Shown here: piece after piece, positions 1-13,881 of the stretch
Layout of the letters: every line of letters begins with the position of its first letter
Numbering within the stretch: the stretch's first letter is position 1
Source of the DNA: Betaproteobacteria bacterium RIFCSPLOWO2_12_FULL_68_20
Lineage (GTDB): Bacteria; Pseudomonadota; Gammaproteobacteria; Burkholderiales; SG8-39
Assembly: GCA_001770655.1 (NCBI GenBank)
Contig: MERQ01000080.1
Span: forward strand, 15,272 to 79,271
Reading direction: 5' to 3'
DNA length: 64,000 nucleotides
Notes under the pieces: generated by a model
Seen by the model: the letters and a program-made list of their open reading frames with translations, nothing else
Database searches by the model: none
Told to the model about the DNA's origin: nothing
Made by a program: the position numbers and the translations under genes

Positions 1-1312
1 CGAGGTGCTGCTCAACCTCGGCTACCAGGTGAGCGGCTCGGACCTCGCCGAGAATGCCGCGACCAGGCGCCTCGCGAAGCTCGGCGCCCGCGTGTCGGCG
101 GCGCACGCCGCCGCGAACGTGAACGGCGCCGACGCGGTGGTGGTTTCCAGCGCGGTGCACGCCGACAACGCCGAGGTGATCGCCGCGCGCGAGCGGCGCA
201 TCCCGGTGGTGCCGCGCGCGCTGATGCTCGCGGAGCTGATGCGCCTCAAGCAGGGCGTCGCCATCGCGGGCACGCACGGCAAGACGACGACCACCAGCCT
301 GGTGGCGAGCGTGCTCGCCGAGGGCGGGATCGATCCGACCTTCGTGATCGGCGGGCGGCTGAACGCCGCCGGCTCGAACGCGCGGCTCGGCGCGGGCGAT
401 TTCATCGTCGCCGAGGCGGACGAATCGGACCGGTCGTTCCTGCACCTGCAGCCGGTGATCGCGGTGGTCACCAACATCGACGCCGACCACATGGACACCT
501 ACGGGCAGGACTTCGAGCGCCTGAAGCATGCGTTTGTGGAATTTCTGCAGAACCTGCCGTTCTACGGGGCGGCGATCCTGTGCGCCGACGACGCGCACGT
601 GCGCGAGATCCTGCCCTTCGTCTCCAAGCCGGTAGTCACCTACGGCACGGCTTCCGGCGCCGCGGTGCGCGCGAGCGAGCTGGTTCCCGATGCGGGCCGC
701 ATGCGCTTCCGCGTGTGGCGCGAGAAGGCCGGCGCGCTGGACATGACGCTCAACCTGCCCGGCCGGCACAACGTGCTGAATGCGCTGGCGGCGATCGCCG
801 TCGGCATGGAAATCGGCGTGGCCGATGCGGCGATGCAAAAGGCGCTCGCTGACTTCCACGGCGTCGGCCGGCGCTTCCAGAACCACGGCGGCATCGCCGT
901 GGCGGGCGGCGGGCGGGCCACGCTGATCGACGACTACGGCCACCATCCGGCGGAGATGGCCGCGACGCTCGAAGCGGCGCGCGGCGCGTTTCCCGGGCGG
1001 CGCATCGTGCTCGCGTTCCAGCCGCACCGCTATACGCGCACCCGCGACCTGTTCGAGGACTTCGTGCGCTCGCTCTCGGCCGCCGACGCGCTGATCCTCA
1101 CCGAGGTGTACCCGGCGGGCGAGCCTCCGATCGTCGCCGCGGACGGCAGATCGCTCGCGCGCGCGGTGCGCGTCGCGGGCAAGGTCGAGCCGGTGTTCGT
1201 GGACGACATCGCCGAGCTGCCCGGGGCGATCCGGCGGGTGGCGCGCGACGGCGACGTGGTGGTGACGATGGGCGCAGGCTCGATCGGCAACGTTTCCTCG
1301 CAGCTGACATGA
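1..1312 (+). CDS. murC: UDP-N-acetylmuramate--L-alanine ligase MurC, 5'-truncated by window edge
   Basis: ORF 5-1312 is open to the window start. Mur ligase P-loop GTHGKTTTT. Lies upstream of murB-ddl-ftsQAZ. Confidence 0.95.
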   Translation, partial: EVLLNLGYQVSGSDLAENAATRRLAKLGARVSAAHAAANVNGADAVVVSSAVHADNAEVIAARERRIPVVPRALMLAELMRLKQGVAIAGTHGKTTTTSLVASVLAEGGIDPTFVIGGRLNAAGSNARLGAGDFIVAEADESDRSFLHLQPVIAVVTNIDADHMDTYGQDFERLKHAFVEFLQNLPFYGAAILCADDAHVREILPFVSKPVVTYGTASGAAVRASELVPDAGRMRFRVWREKAGALDMTLNLPGRHNVLNALAAIAVGMEIGVADAAMQKALADFHGVGRRFQNHGGIAVAGGGRATLIDDYGHHPAEMAATLEAARGAFPGRRIVLAFQPHRYTRTRDLFEDFVRSLSAADALILTEVYPAGEPPIVAADGRSLARAVRVAGKVEPVFVDDIAELPGAIRRVARDGDVVVTMGAGSIGNVSSQLT

Positions 1313-2223
1313 ACATGGCCGAACCGCTGCAACTCGAAGGGCTGCGCGGCGAGCTGCGGCGCGACGAGCCGATGCGGCGGCACGTCAGCTGGCGGGCGGG
1401 CGGGCGCGCGGCGCGCTTCTACGTCCCCGCCGACCTCGACGACCTTGCGGCGTTCCTGCGCCGGCTGCCGGCGGCGGAGCCGGTGCTGTTCGTCGGCCTG
1501 GGCTCGAATCTGCTGGTGCGCGACGGCGGGTGGCGGGGGACCGTGGTGCTGACGCATGCCGCGTCGAAGCGCCCGGCGCTCGCCGGCGAAGGCCTGGTCT
1601 ACGCGGAGGCGGGCGTGGCCAGCCCGAAGGTGGCGCGCTTGGCGGCGCTGCAAGGCTTGGCGGGCGCGGAGTTCCTCGCCGGCATCCCCGGCACGGTGGG
1701 CGGAGCGCTGGCGATGAACGCCGGCTGCTTCGGCGCGGAGTGCTGGGACATCGTGGAGCGCGCGGTGACCATCGATCGAAGCGGCGATGTGCGGGAGCGA
1801 CCGAAGCAGGACTTCGAGATCGGCTACCGGCACTGCGCGCTCAAGGGCGGCGGCGAGGAATGGTTCGCGGCGGCGTACTTCCGGCTGCAGAGGGGCGACG
1901 GTGCCGCCTCGCGCGCGAGGATCGCCGAGCTGCTGGCGAGGCGCATCGCCACCCAGCCGCTGCAGCTTCCCAACGCCGGAAGCGTGTTCCGCAATCCCGC
2001 CGGCGATCACGCGGCGCGGCTGATCGAGGCCTGCGGCCTCAAGGGCCTCGCGCGCGGCGCGGCGCGCGTCTCGGAGAAGCACGCCAACTTCATCGTCAAC
2101 CCGAAGGGCGCGGCGAGCGCCGCCGACATCGAGTGGCTGATCGACACCGTGCGCTCGACCGTGCGCGAGAAGCTCGGCGTCGCTCTGGTGCCCGAAGTCC
2201 GCATCGTGGGGGATGCGGCGTGA
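1309..2223 (+). CDS. murB: UDP-N-acetylenolpyruvoylglucosamine reductase MurB
   Basis: 304-aa ORF with MurB-like FAD-binding sequence ([19 protein letters not shown]). ATGA overlap with the murC stop. Confidence 0.9.
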   Translation: MNMAEPLQLEGLRGELRRDEPMRRHVSWRAGGRAARFYVPADLDDLAAFLRRLPAAEPVLFVGLGSNLLVRDGGWRGTVVLTHAASKRPALAGEGLVYAEAGVASPKVARLAALQGLAGAEFLAGIPGTVGGALAMNAGCFGAECWDIVERAVTIDRSGDVRERPKQDFEIGYRHCALKGGGEEWFAAAYFRLQRGDGAASRARIAELLARRIATQPLQLPNAGSVFRNPAGDHAARLIEACGLKGLARGAARVSEKHANFIVNPKGAASAADIEWLIDTVRSTVREKLGVALVPEVRIVGDAA

Positions 2224-3134
2224 AGGGCCGCTTCGGCAAGGTCGCCGTCCTGCTCGGGGGGAAATCCGCCGAGCGCGAGGTATCGCTGAAGAGCGGCTCG
2301 ATGGTGCTCGCCGCGCTCAGAAGGCGCGGCGTGGACGCGCATGCGTTCGATCCGGCCGAGTGTGGCCTCGACGCGCTGATCGAGGAGCGCTTCGAGCGCG
2401 CGTTCATCGTGCTGCACGGGCGCTTCGGCGAGGACGGGACGATCCAGGGCATCCTCGACTGGCTCGGCATCCCGTACACCGGGAGCGGCGTGCTCGGCTC
2501 CGCGCTCGCGATGGACAAGGTGCGCGCGAAGCTGCTGTGGCAGGCGAGCGGGCTCCCCACGCCGCCCTACGAGGTGCTCGGGGCGGGGGGCGATTTCGGC
2601 GCCGTCGCCGCGCGCCTCGGTCTGCCGCTCATGGTGAAGCCGGTGAGCGAGGGATCCTCGATCGGCATGAGCAAGGTGCGCGCCGCCGCCGCGCTCGACC
2701 AGGCGTACGCGCTCGCCGTCAATTACGACCGCTCGGTGATCGCCGAGAAGTTCATCGAGGGCGCCGAGCTCACCGCCGGGATTGTCGGCGAGGAACCGCT
2801 GCCGCTCATTCGCCTGGAGACGCCCCGGGACTTCTACGACTACGAAGCGAAGTACGTCGCGGGCGACACGCGCTACCTCATCCCCTGCGGGCTGCAGCCG
2901 GCGAAGGAGCGCGAGCTGCAGGAGCTGTGCGTGCAGGCCTTCCGCGCGCTCGGCTGCCGCGGCTGGGGGCGCGTGGACCTGATGCTCGACCGCGTCGAGG
3001 AGCCGTTCCTGCTCGAGGTGAACACCGCGCCGGGAATGACCGACCACTCGCTGGTGCCGATGGCGGCGCGCGCGGCGGGGCTCGGCTACGAGGACCTGTG
3101 CGTGAGGATCCTGGAGGGCGCCCGTGTGGGATAA
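2220..3134 (+). CDS. ddl: D-alanine--D-alanine ligase
   Basis: Last 304 aa of track ORF 1530-3134 ([23 protein letters not shown]...), ATP-grasp Ddl sequence. GTG at 2220 overlaps the murB stop (GTGA). The upstream part of the ORF is Arg/Gly-rich overprint of murB. Confidence 0.9.
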   Translation: MKGRFGKVAVLLGGKSAEREVSLKSGSMVLAALRRRGVDAHAFDPAECGLDALIEERFERAFIVLHGRFGEDGTIQGILDWLGIPYTGSGVLGSALAMDKVRAKLLWQASGLPTPPYEVLGAGGDFGAVAARLGLPLMVKPVSEGSSIGMSKVRAAAALDQAYALAVNYDRSVIAEKFIEGAELTAGIVGEEPLPLIRLETPRDFYDYEAKYVAGDTRYLIPCGLQPAKERELQELCVQAFRALGCRGWGRVDLMLDRVEEPFLLEVNTAPGMTDHSLVPMAARAAGLGYEDLCVRILEGARVG

Positions 3135-3840
3135 CCCGCGGCTGCTGAACGGCGTGGCGGGATTCCTGACCGGGATCGCGGCGCTCGCGCTTGCGCTCAT
3201 TGCGTTGCAGCTGCTGCTCGGCTCGCCGCTGTTCCCGCTGCGCGAAATCACGGTGAGCGGCGCATTGGAGAGGGTCTCGCGCGCCGATGTCGAAGCCGCG
3301 ACCCGCGAGCGCGTGCGCGGAAACTTCTTCGCGGTGCGGCTCGCCGAGGTGCGCGCCGGGCTGGAGACCCTGCCCTGGGTGCGCAGCGTGGACGTGCGCC
3401 GCGTCTGGCCCGACCGGCTGGACATCGGCCTGGAAGAGCACGTCGCGCTCGCGCGCTGGGGCGATCGGGACCTGGTCAGCATCCACGGCGAGCGCTTCGC
3501 GGCGCAGACCGACAGGAAGCTGCCTCGATTCGCCGGGCCCGAGGGCAGCGAGCGCGAGGTGACGCGGCGCTACCGGCGCTTCGCCGGGATCGTCGCGCCG
3601 CTCGGCGCAGGCATCGAGCGCGTGGTGCTTACGCCGCGGCTCGCCTGGCAGCTCAGGCTGGAGAACGGCCTGTTCCTCGTCCTGGGGCGCGATTCGCCTG
3701 CCGAGCCGGTGGAGGCAAGGCTCGAGCGCTTCGTCGCCGCGTACCCGGCGACGCTGGCGAAGATCGCGCGCCGGCACGAATACGTGGACCTGCGCTACCC
3801 GAACGGCTTCGCGCTGCGCATCCGGGACCTGGAAGGCTGA
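3124..3840 (+). CDS. ftsQ: cell division protein FtsQ
   Basis: 238 aa with one N-terminal TM helix followed by a POTRA-like region. Lies between ddl and ftsA. Confidence 0.85.
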   Translation: MWDNPRLLNGVAGFLTGIAALALALIALQLLLGSPLFPLREITVSGALERVSRADVEAATRERVRGNFFAVRLAEVRAGLETLPWVRSVDVRRVWPDRLDIGLEEHVALARWGDRDLVSIHGERFAAQTDRKLPRFAGPEGSEREVTRRYRRFAGIVAPLGAGIERVVLTPRLAWQLRLENGLFLVLGRDSPAEPVEARLERFVAAYPATLAKIARRHEYVDLRYPNGFALRIRDLEG

Positions 3841-5075
3841 TGCGCATGGCCAAGGAGAACAAGAACCTGATCGTGGCGCTCGACATCGGCACCTCGAAAG
3901 TCGCCTGCCTGGTGGCGGAGGTGCGGCCCGACGGCGCGCTCGAGATCCTCGGCATGGGCAACCACGAATCGAAGGGACTGAAAAAGGGCGTGGTGGTGAA
4001 CATCGAAGCGACCGTCAGCGCGGTGCAGCGCGCGCTCGAGGAAGCGGAGCTGATGGCCGATTGCAAGATCGCCTCGGCGTTCGTCGGCATCGCCGGCAGC
4101 CACATCAAGAGCTTCAACTCGACGGGGATGGTGGCGATCAAGGACCGCGAGGTGAGCGGGCCGGACGTGGAGCGCGCGATCGACACCGCTCGCGCGGTCA
4201 GCATTCCCACCGACCAGCAAATTCTCCATGTCCTTCGCCAGGAGTTCATCATCGACGGGCAGGAGGACGTGAGGGAGCCGATCGGCATGTCGGGCGTGCG
4301 CCTGGAAGTGAAGGTGCACATCGTGACGGGTGCCGTGTCCGCCGCGCAGAACATCGTCAAGTGCGTGCGCCGCTGCGGGCTGGAGGTGAACGACCTGATC
4401 CTGCAGCCGCTCGCCTCCTCGCGCGCGGTGCTCTCGGAGGACGAGAAGGACCTCGGCGTGTGCCTGCTGGACATCGGCGGCGGCACCACCGACATCGCGG
4501 TGTTCACGCACGGCGCGATCCGTCACACCGCGGTCATCCCGATCGCCGGCGACCAGGTCACGAATGACATCGCGATGGCGCTCCGGACGCCGACCGCCGA
4601 GGCGGAAAGCATCAAGATCCGGCACGGCGTGGCGCTGCGGCAGCTTGCCGACCCGAACGAGATGATCGAAGTGCCGGGAATCGGCGAGCGCGCACCAAGG
4701 TCGCTGTCGCGCCAGACGCTCGCCGAGGTGATCGAGCCGCGCGTCGAGGAGCTCTACTCGCTCGTGCAGCAGGTGCTGCGCGAGTCCGGGTTCGAGGAGC
4801 TGCTCTCCTCCGGCGTGGTGCTCGCCGGCGGCTCGGCGGTGATGCAGGGCATGGTCGAGCTCGGCGAGGAGATCTTCCACATGCCGGTGCGCGTCGGCCT
4901 GCCGCGCTACGCCGGCGGGCTCTCCGAAGTGGTGCGCACGCCGCGCTGCGCGACGGGCGTGGGGCTGCTGCTCGAGGGCGTCGCGCAGCTGCAGCACGGG
5001 CAGTTGTCGCGCCAGAGCGGCTCGTTCCGGGCCGTGCTGGCGCGGATGCGCGAATGGTTCCAGCGGAATTTCTGA
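3840..5075 (+). CDS. ftsA: cell division protein FtsA
   Basis: 411 aa with actin-fold motifs LDIGTSKV and DIGGGTTD. The start overlaps the ftsQ stop (TGATG). An alternative ATG lies 6 nt downstream. Confidence 0.95.
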   Translation: MRMAKENKNLIVALDIGTSKVACLVAEVRPDGALEILGMGNHESKGLKKGVVVNIEATVSAVQRALEEAELMADCKIASAFVGIAGSHIKSFNSTGMVAIKDREVSGPDVERAIDTARAVSIPTDQQILHVLRQEFIIDGQEDVREPIGMSGVRLEVKVHIVTGAVSAAQNIVKCVRRCGLEVNDLILQPLASSRAVLSEDEKDLGVCLLDIGGGTTDIAVFTHGAIRHTAVIPIAGDQVTNDIAMALRTPTAEAESIKIRHGVALRQLADPNEMIEVPGIGERAPRSLSRQTLAEVIEPRVEELYSLVQQVLRESGFEELLSSGVVLAGGSAVMQGMVELGEEIFHMPVRVGLPRYAGGLSEVVRTPRCATGVGLLLEGVAQLQHGQLSRQSGSFRAVLARMREWFQRNF

Positions 5076-5133
5076 TGCGAAGGGTTGGGTGCGAGGGGAT
5101 TTTTTGGACGTTTGACCTAGGCAAGGAGGAAAC

Positions 5134-6294
5134 ATGTTCGAGATCGTAGACAGTCAGGCAACGGGGCCGGTCATCAAGGTGATCGGGGTGGGCGGCGCGG
5201 GCGGCAACGCCGTCAACCACATGATCGAGCACGACGTGCAGGGCGTCGAGTTCATCGCCGTCAACACCGACGCGCAGGTGCTCTCGCGCAACAACGCGCG
5301 AAATCAGCTGCAGCTCGGCTCGAGCGGCCTGGGCGCGGGCGCCAAGCCCGAGGAGGCGAGGGCGGTGGCGCTCGCCGAGCGCGACCGGATCGAGGAAGCG
5401 GTCGCCGGAGCCCACATGGTGTTCATCACCGCCGGGATGGGCGGCGGCACCGGCACCGGCGCGGGCCCGGTCATCGCCGAGGTGGCGCGCTCGCTCGGCA
5501 TCCTCACCGTGGCGGTGGTCACCAAGCCCTTCACCTTCGAGGGCTCCAAGCGCATGAAGATCGCCGAGCAGGGCCTGGAGGAGATGGCCCCGCACGTGGA
5601 TTCGCTCATCGTCATCCTCAACGACAAGCTCGAGGAGGTGCTGGGAGAGGACGTGACGCAGGAAGACGCGTTCAAGGCGGCCGACGACGTGCTCAACAAC
5701 GCGGTCGCCGGGATCGCCGAGATCATCAACCTGCCCGGGCTGGTGAACGTGGATTTCCAGGACGTGCGCACCGTGATGTCCGAGCAGGGCATGGCGATGA
5801 TGGGATCGGCGACGGCGAACGGCATCGACCGCGCGCGCATCGCCGCCGAGCAGGCGATCGCCTGCCCGCTGCTCGAGGGGGTCAACCTCGCCGGCGCGCG
5901 CGGGGTTCTGGTCAACATCACCGCTTCGCGCCCGAGCCTGAAGCTGCGCGAGACCAAGGAGGTGATGAACATCATCCGCGCCTTCGCGGCGGAGGACGCG
6001 ACCATCATCTACGGCGGCGTCTACGACGACGCCCTCGGCGACGACCTGCGCGTCACGGTGGTCGCCACCGGCCTGGGCATGGCGATGGCGTCGCGCTCGC
6101 CCAAGCCGCAGCTGGTGGTGTCGCAGAAGACCGGCACCGACAATCAGCCGCTCTCCGGATCGGTCGATTATCACCAGCTCGACTCGGTGCCCGCGGTGAT
6201 CCGCCGCAACCGGGCCACGACGGTGGAAGCGCTGCAGCAGTCCGGTGTCGACAAGTACGACATCCCGGCGTTCCTGAGGAAGCAGGCCGACTAG
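5134..6294 (+). CDS. ftsZ: cell division GTPase FtsZ
   Basis: 386 aa with tubulin signature [16 protein letters not shown] Shine-Dalgarno sequence just upstream. Confidence 0.97.
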   Translation: MFEIVDSQATGPVIKVIGVGGAGGNAVNHMIEHDVQGVEFIAVNTDAQVLSRNNARNQLQLGSSGLGAGAKPEEARAVALAERDRIEEAVAGAHMVFITAGMGGGTGTGAGPVIAEVARSLGILTVAVVTKPFTFEGSKRMKIAEQGLEEMAPHVDSLIVILNDKLEEVLGEDVTQEDAFKAADDVLNNAVAGIAEIINLPGLVNVDFQDVRTVMSEQGMAMMGSATANGIDRARIAAEQAIACPLLEGVNLAGARGVLVNITASRPSLKLRETKEVMNIIRAFAAEDATIIYGGVYDDALGDDLRVTVVATGLGMAMASRSPKPQLVVSQKTGTDNQPLSGSVDYHQLDSVPAVIRRNRATTVEALQQSGVDKYDIPAFLRKQAD

Positions 6295-6373
6295 AGCGGC
6301 CGGCGCGAAGCAGGTCACCCCCTTCCTTGCCCGGGGGTGGCCTGCATCGCCTTGCTACAATCCGCCTCTCGCC

Positions 6374-7285
6374 ATGCTGCGCCAGCGCACCCTGAAATCG
6401 CTTGTCCGCGCCACCGGCGTGGGCCTGCACACGGGGCGCAAGGTGTCGATGGCGCTGCGCCCCGCGCCGGCCGACACCGGCGTCGTTTTCCGCCGCGTCG
6501 ATTTCGCCGCGCCGCTCGACATCCCGGCGCGCGCGCACCTCGTCGGCGACACCCGTCTTTCGTCTTGTCTCGTCCTGGGCGAGGCGAAGGTGTACACCGT
6601 CGAGCACCTGATGTCGGCGCTCGGCGGCCTGGGCGTGGACAACCTGTACGTGGATCTCGACGGGCCGGAAGTGCCGATCATGGACGGCAGCGCCGCGCCG
6701 TTCGCGCTGCTGGTGCAGCAGGCGGGCGTCGAGGAGCAGGGCGCGCCGAAGCGCTTCCTGCGCGTCGCCCGGGCGGTCGAGGTGCGCGACGGCGACAAGT
6801 GGGCGCGCCTCGAGCCTTACGCCGGATTCCGGCTTTCGTTCTCGATCGATTTCAATCACCCGGTGATCGACCGCTCCACGCAGGCGGTCACGGTGGACTT
6901 CGCCGAAACCTCGTATCTGAAGGAAATCGCGCGCGCGCGCACCTTCGGCTTCATGCACGAGGTCGAGAATCTGCGCGACGTAGGCCTCGCGCTCGGCGGC
7001 GGCCTCGACAACGCGGTGATGCTGGACGAGAACCGCGTGCTGAACGCCGAGGGCCTGCGCTTCGCCGACGAGTTCATCCGCCACAAGCTGCTCGATGCGA
7101 TCGGCGATCTGTACCTGCTCGGCGGCCCGCTGCTCGGCGCGTTCAGCGCGCACAAATCGGGCCACGCGCTCAACAACCGGCTGCTGCGCGCCGCAATCGC
7201 CGATCAGGCGCTGCAGACGGTGAGCTTCGAGCGCGCCGAGGAAACCCCGGCGGCGGTCGCGCGCCTGGTCGGCCAGCTCGCCTAG
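6374..7285 (+). CDS. lpxC: UDP-3-O-acyl-N-acetylglucosamine deacetylase LpxC
   Basis: 303 aa with LpxC sequence ([22 protein letters not shown]). Conserved position after ftsZ. Confidence 0.95.
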   Translation: MLRQRTLKSLVRATGVGLHTGRKVSMALRPAPADTGVVFRRVDFAAPLDIPARAHLVGDTRLSSCLVLGEAKVYTVEHLMSALGGLGVDNLYVDLDGPEVPIMDGSAAPFALLVQQAGVEEQGAPKRFLRVARAVEVRDGDKWARLEPYAGFRLSFSIDFNHPVIDRSTQAVTVDFAETSYLKEIARARTFGFMHEVENLRDVGLALGGGLDNAVMLDENRVLNAEGLRFADEFIRHKLLDAIGDLYLLGGPLLGAFSAHKSGHALNNRLLRAAIADQALQTVSFERAEETPAAVARLVGQLA

Positions 7286-7291
7286 CCCGGC

Positions 7292-7477
7292 GTGATCTTC
7301 GTCCGGGTGATCGGACTCGCGGTCGCGATCGCGATCGGCGTGGCGGTGCTGCTATGGCTCACGACCGGCGAGCGCAAATGGCTGCGCATCGCGTGGCAGA
7401 TCTTCAAGGTCGCGCTTTTCGCCGTGCTGCTGATCCTGGTCCTGTTTGCCGCCGAGCAGATCCTGTCGCAGGCGTAG
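7292..7477 (+). CDS. hypothetical small membrane protein (two predicted TM helices)
   Basis: 61-aa ORF, strongly hydrophobic, no family recognised. Overlaps the 3' end of the convergent gene at 7404-7958 by 74 nt, so one of the two may be mis-called. Confidence 0.3.
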   Translation: MIFVRVIGLAVAIAIGVAVLLWLTTGERKWLRIAWQIFKVALFAVLLILVLFAAEQILSQA

Positions 7478-7958
7478 CGGGCGCGGCGTGGCGCTCGAGC
7501 AGGGCGCGCAGCGCCTCCCGGGCGGGCGAATCGCGCATCTTCTGATGCAGGGCATGCAGCTCGGCGAGGGTGCTGGCGGACAGACGGGCTGTTTTGTGCA
7601 TTGCAACATCCGGTGCCCGTGATCGATTGGGTTGCACCCGTATAGAAACTGCACTAACCTGCCAGCGCTGCTTCAATAAAAAGCCGCTCAGGGGTCCGGA
7701 CAGCAACCTCAGCTTGGCCGCAGCAGCAGAGGTCGCGGCCAGGAGAACCAGCTTGCCGTCCCTGAGATTGGCCGCCTTGACCTGACGGGCCAGGTCGGGG
7801 GGGAGAAAACCATCAACCAGCCTGGCGAGCGCGCGGATTTCGCGCGCCTTCGTCACGAGGGGCTGCAGGTCGGCCTCGGCCGCGAGCAAACGGTCGAGTT
7901 TGGGGAGGGACACGGGGGACGCGTACAAGGAGGAGGGGTACGTGCAGATTATCGTCAT
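7404..7958 (-). CDS. DUF721 / DciA-like protein (start uncertain; alternative GTG at 7913)
   Basis: Part of ORF 7404-8045. Core GKLVLLAATSAAAAKLRLL resembles the DUF721 pattern. Sits in the conserved lpxC-secA slot, divergent from the M23 peptidase. The 5' end of the longest ORF overlaps the M23 gene. Confidence 0.5.
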   Translation of the reverse strand: MTIICTYPSSLYASPVSLPKLDRLLAAEADLQPLVTKAREIRALARLVDGFLPPDLARQVKAANLRDGKLVLLAATSAAAAKLRLLSGPLSGFLLKQRWQVSAVSIRVQPNRSRAPDVAMHKTARLSASTLAELHALHQKMRDSPAREALRALLERHAAPATPATGSARRQTGPGSAARRKARP

Positions 7959-8886
7959 CTCCGACCGGCTGGCAAAGGCGCGGACCGTCAGCGTGTCGTT
8001 GCGCCACGTGCTCGCCTCGGCGCTCGCCGGCCTGACATTGCTCACGGCCTCGACGCTGGGGCTTTACTGGCTGACGCTGCGCTTCGCCTCGGACGTGAAG
8101 ATCCCGCTGGTCGAGCAGCTGGTGCTCGCCGCGCAGCAAACCGAGTCGGAGCGCTCGCGCGAGTTCATGCAGCAGAACCTGAACGCGATGGCGGTGAAGC
8201 TGGGCGAGATGCAGGCGCAGCTCACGCGTCTCGACGCGCTCGGCGAGCGGCTGTCCGGGCTCGCCGGCATCCGTCCTCAGGAATTCCGCTTTTCCGAGTC
8301 GCCGGGGCTGGGGGGCGCCGCGCCGACGCTGCTGCCGCCGCAGAACCTGACGTTCGCCGAGTTCAGCGACAAGGTTTTCCAGCTCTCGCGCGTCATGGAG
8401 AGCCGCACCGACATGCTCGGCGTGCTCGAGACGGAGCTGTTCGAGCAGGCAGTGAGAAAGAAGCTGATGCCTACGATGCGGCCGGTGCCGTCGCCGTACA
8501 ACGTCTCCAGCTTCGGGCGCCGCATCGATCCGTTCACCGGCCAGTGGGCGATGCACGAGGGGATCGACTTCGTCGCGGACATCGGCACGCCGGTGGTGGC
8601 GGCCGCCGGCGGCGTGGTGCAGTTCGCGGGCCTTCACCCGCAATACGGCAACATGATCGACATCGACCACGGCAACGATCTCCTCACGCGCTACGCGCAT
8701 CTGTCGAAGCTGCTGGTGAAAGAGGGCGACCTGCTGCAGCGTGGCCGCAACATCGCGCTGTCCGGCAACACCGGGCGCACCACCGGACCGCACATGCATT
8801 TCGAGGTGCGCTACCGCGGCACGGCGCAGAATCCGCTCAAGTTCCTCGCTGCGTCGAACCCGCCGCTGCTGACGCAGTCGAAATAG
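7942..8886 (+). CDS. M23 family metallopeptidase (murein endopeptidase-like)
   Basis: ORF 7900-8886. GTG at 7942 is preceded by AGGAGG. N-terminal TM helix, coiled region, then C-terminal M23 motifs HEGIDF and GPHMHFEV. Confidence 0.85.
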   Translation: MQIIVISDRLAKARTVSVSLRHVLASALAGLTLLTASTLGLYWLTLRFASDVKIPLVEQLVLAAQQTESERSREFMQQNLNAMAVKLGEMQAQLTRLDALGERLSGLAGIRPQEFRFSESPGLGGAAPTLLPPQNLTFAEFSDKVFQLSRVMESRTDMLGVLETELFEQAVRKKLMPTMRPVPSPYNVSSFGRRIDPFTGQWAMHEGIDFVADIGTPVVAAAGGVVQFAGLHPQYGNMIDIDHGNDLLTRYAHLSKLLVKEGDLLQRGRNIALSGNTGRTTGPHMHFEVRYRGTAQNPLKFLAASNPPLLTQSK

Positions 8887-8978
8887 CGCGCCGGCACGGC
8901 CGCTGCGCCGGAACATTCGTTCCGGCGTGATAGCATCGTGAATTTTTCAGGGGTTGCCGCGTCTAAATCCCCGCGCTG

Positions 8979-11812
<2,834 letters not shown>

Positions 11813-11813
<1 letters not shown>

Positions 11814-13024
11814 TGGCGGTGAATCTCGCGCCGCCGGATCCGCACAGCATTCATCCCGTCGCCGGCATCGAGCTGGGCGTGGCGATGGCGGGAATCAAGA
11901 AGCCGGAGCGGAAAGACCTGCTGGTGCTGCGCCTCGCGCCGGGCGCCTCGGTCGCCGGCGTGTTCACGAAAAACCGCTTCTGCGCCGCCCCCGTGAGGGT
12001 CGCGAAAGAGCACCTGCGCAACGAGATCCGGGCCCTGGTGGTGAACACCGGGAACGCCAACGCGGGGACCGGGAAGGAGGGCGTGGAGGCGGCGCTCCGG
12101 GTCTGCGCAGCCCTCGCCAGGGAGCTTGGTTGCGAGCCTCGCCAGATCCTTCCGTTCTCGACCGGCGTGATCATGGAGCCGTTGCCGGTCGAACGGATCG
12201 TTTCTGCCCTGGCGGCGGCGATTCGAGATTTCAGGCCGGAGAACTGGATCTCTGCGGCCGAGGCGATCATGACCACCGACACGGTGCCGAAGGCGAGCTC
12301 GCGCAAAGTCCGCCTATCCGGCGGCGAAGCGGTCGTCACTGGCATCGCCAAGGGAGCGGGAATGATCCGCCCCGACATGGCGACGATGCTGGCGTTCGTG
12401 GCGACGGATGCCAAAGTCGCGCGTCCGGCGCTGCAGCGAATGATGCGCGCGGCCGCGAGCCGCTCGTTCAACGCCATCACGGTGGACGGGGACACTTCGA
12501 CGAACGACGCATTCGCGTGTCTCGCGACCGGCCGGGGGCCGGCCGCGAGATCGGGGAAAGACCTGAAAACCCTCGCGGATGCGATTGTCGAAGTATCCGG
12601 GGAGCTCGCGCAGGCGATCATCCGGGACGGGGAAGGGGCGACCAAGTTCGTGACGGTGCGCATCGAGCGCGGCCGCTCGGAGGCCGAGTGCCGCCGCGTC
12701 GCCTACGCAATCGCGCATTCGCCGCTCGTGAAGACGGCGTTCTTCGCCTCGGACCCGAACCTCGGCCGGATTCTCGCCGCGATCGGCAATTCGGGCATCA
12801 GGGATCTCGACACGGCGAAGGTGGACCTGTACCTGGACGAAGTGCGAGTGGCGAAGGGCGGCGGGAGGGACGCCGGCTACCGGGAAGAGCGGGGCATGGC
12901 CGCGATGAAGAAGCCGGAATTCACGGTGCGCGCGGTGCTCAACCGCGGCCGGGCCTCGGCCACGATCTGGACTTGCGATCTCTCCTTCGATTACGTCAAG
13001 ATCAACGCCGAGTACCGGACATGA
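11813..13024 (+). CDS. argJ: bifunctional ornithine acetyltransferase / N-acetylglutamate synthase ArgJ
   Basis: Last 403 aa of track ORF 10373-13024. Contains the autoprocessing-site context [12 protein letters not shown] overlaps the secA stop (TGATG). Confidence 0.93.
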
Positions 13025-13881
13025 GCAAGGAACTGGAGAAAATCCTGGCGCGGCTCGAGGAGCTGCTGCCGCCGCCGCCCCCGCCGACCGACTGGACGGC
13101 GAGCGTGGCGTTGCGCTGGCGCACCACCGGGCGGGGCGGCGCCACGGGGTGGCTGCAGCCGGTGCGCCACGTGCACCGCATCCGGCTCTCCGATCTGCGC
13201 GGCATCGACCGGCAGATCGCGCGCGTCGAGCAGAACACGCTGCAGTTCCTCGAGGGCAGGCCGGCGAACAACGTGCTGCTGACCGGCGCGCGCGGCACCG
13301 GCAAGTCCTCGATCGTGAAGGGGCTGCTGAACAAGTACTCCAGGCGGGGCCTGCGCCTGATCGAGGTGGAGAAGAGCGACCTGGTGGACCTGCCCTACAT
13401 CGTGGACCGGGTGGCGGAGCGTCGCGAGCGCTTCCTGCTGTTCTGCGACGACCTCAGCTTCCACGGCGCCGAGGAGGGCTACATCGCGCTCAAGGTCGCG
13501 CTCGACGGCTCGATCTCGACCACCTCCGAGAACATGCTCATCTACGCCACCTCGAACCGCCGGCACCTGATGCCCGAGTACATGGCCGAGAACCTGGAGA
13601 CCCGGTACGTCGGCGAGGAGATCCATCCGGGCGAGACGGTCGAGGAGAAGATCTCGCTCTCCGAGCGCTTCGGCCTGTGGGTGACTTTCTATCCGTTCGA
13701 CCAGGACGAGTACCTCGAAATCGTGGCGCACTGGCTCAAGACCTTCGGCTGCGGCGCACGAGAGGCCCAGGCGGCCCGGGAAGAGTCGCTGCAGTGGTCG
13801 CTGCAGCGCGGATCGAGGAGCGGCCGCGTCGCCTACCAGTTCGCCAGGGATTGGGCGGGCCGGCACGCCAAGAAGAAGTGA
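13021..13881 (+). CDS. DUF815-type AAA ATPase
   Basis: Last 286 aa of ORF 12130-13881. Walker [10 protein letters not shown] and Walker B LFCDDL. ATGA overlap with the argJ stop. Confidence 0.8.
   Translation: MSKELEKILARLEELLPPPPPPTDWTASVALRWRTTGRGGATGWLQPVRHVHRIRLSDLRGIDRQIARVEQNTLQFLEGRPANNVLLTGARGTGKSSIVKGLLNKYSRRGLRLIEVEKSDLVDLPYIVDRVAERRERFLLFCDDLSFHGAEEGYIALKVALDGSISTTSENMLIYATSNRRHLMPEYMAENLETRYVGEEIHPGETVEEKISLSERFGLWVTFYPFDQDEYLEIVAHWLKTFGCGAREAQAAREESLQWSLQRGSRSGRVAYQFARDWAGRHAKKK

Noticed and set aside
8906-8927. 9-bp GC-rich hairpin (CGCCGGAAC-ATTC-GTTCCGGCG) between the M23 peptidase gene and secA, considered as a terminator.
   Set aside because: No U-tract follows, and secA needs transcription from or through here. 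It may be an RNA stability element, but I cannot support a terminator call.
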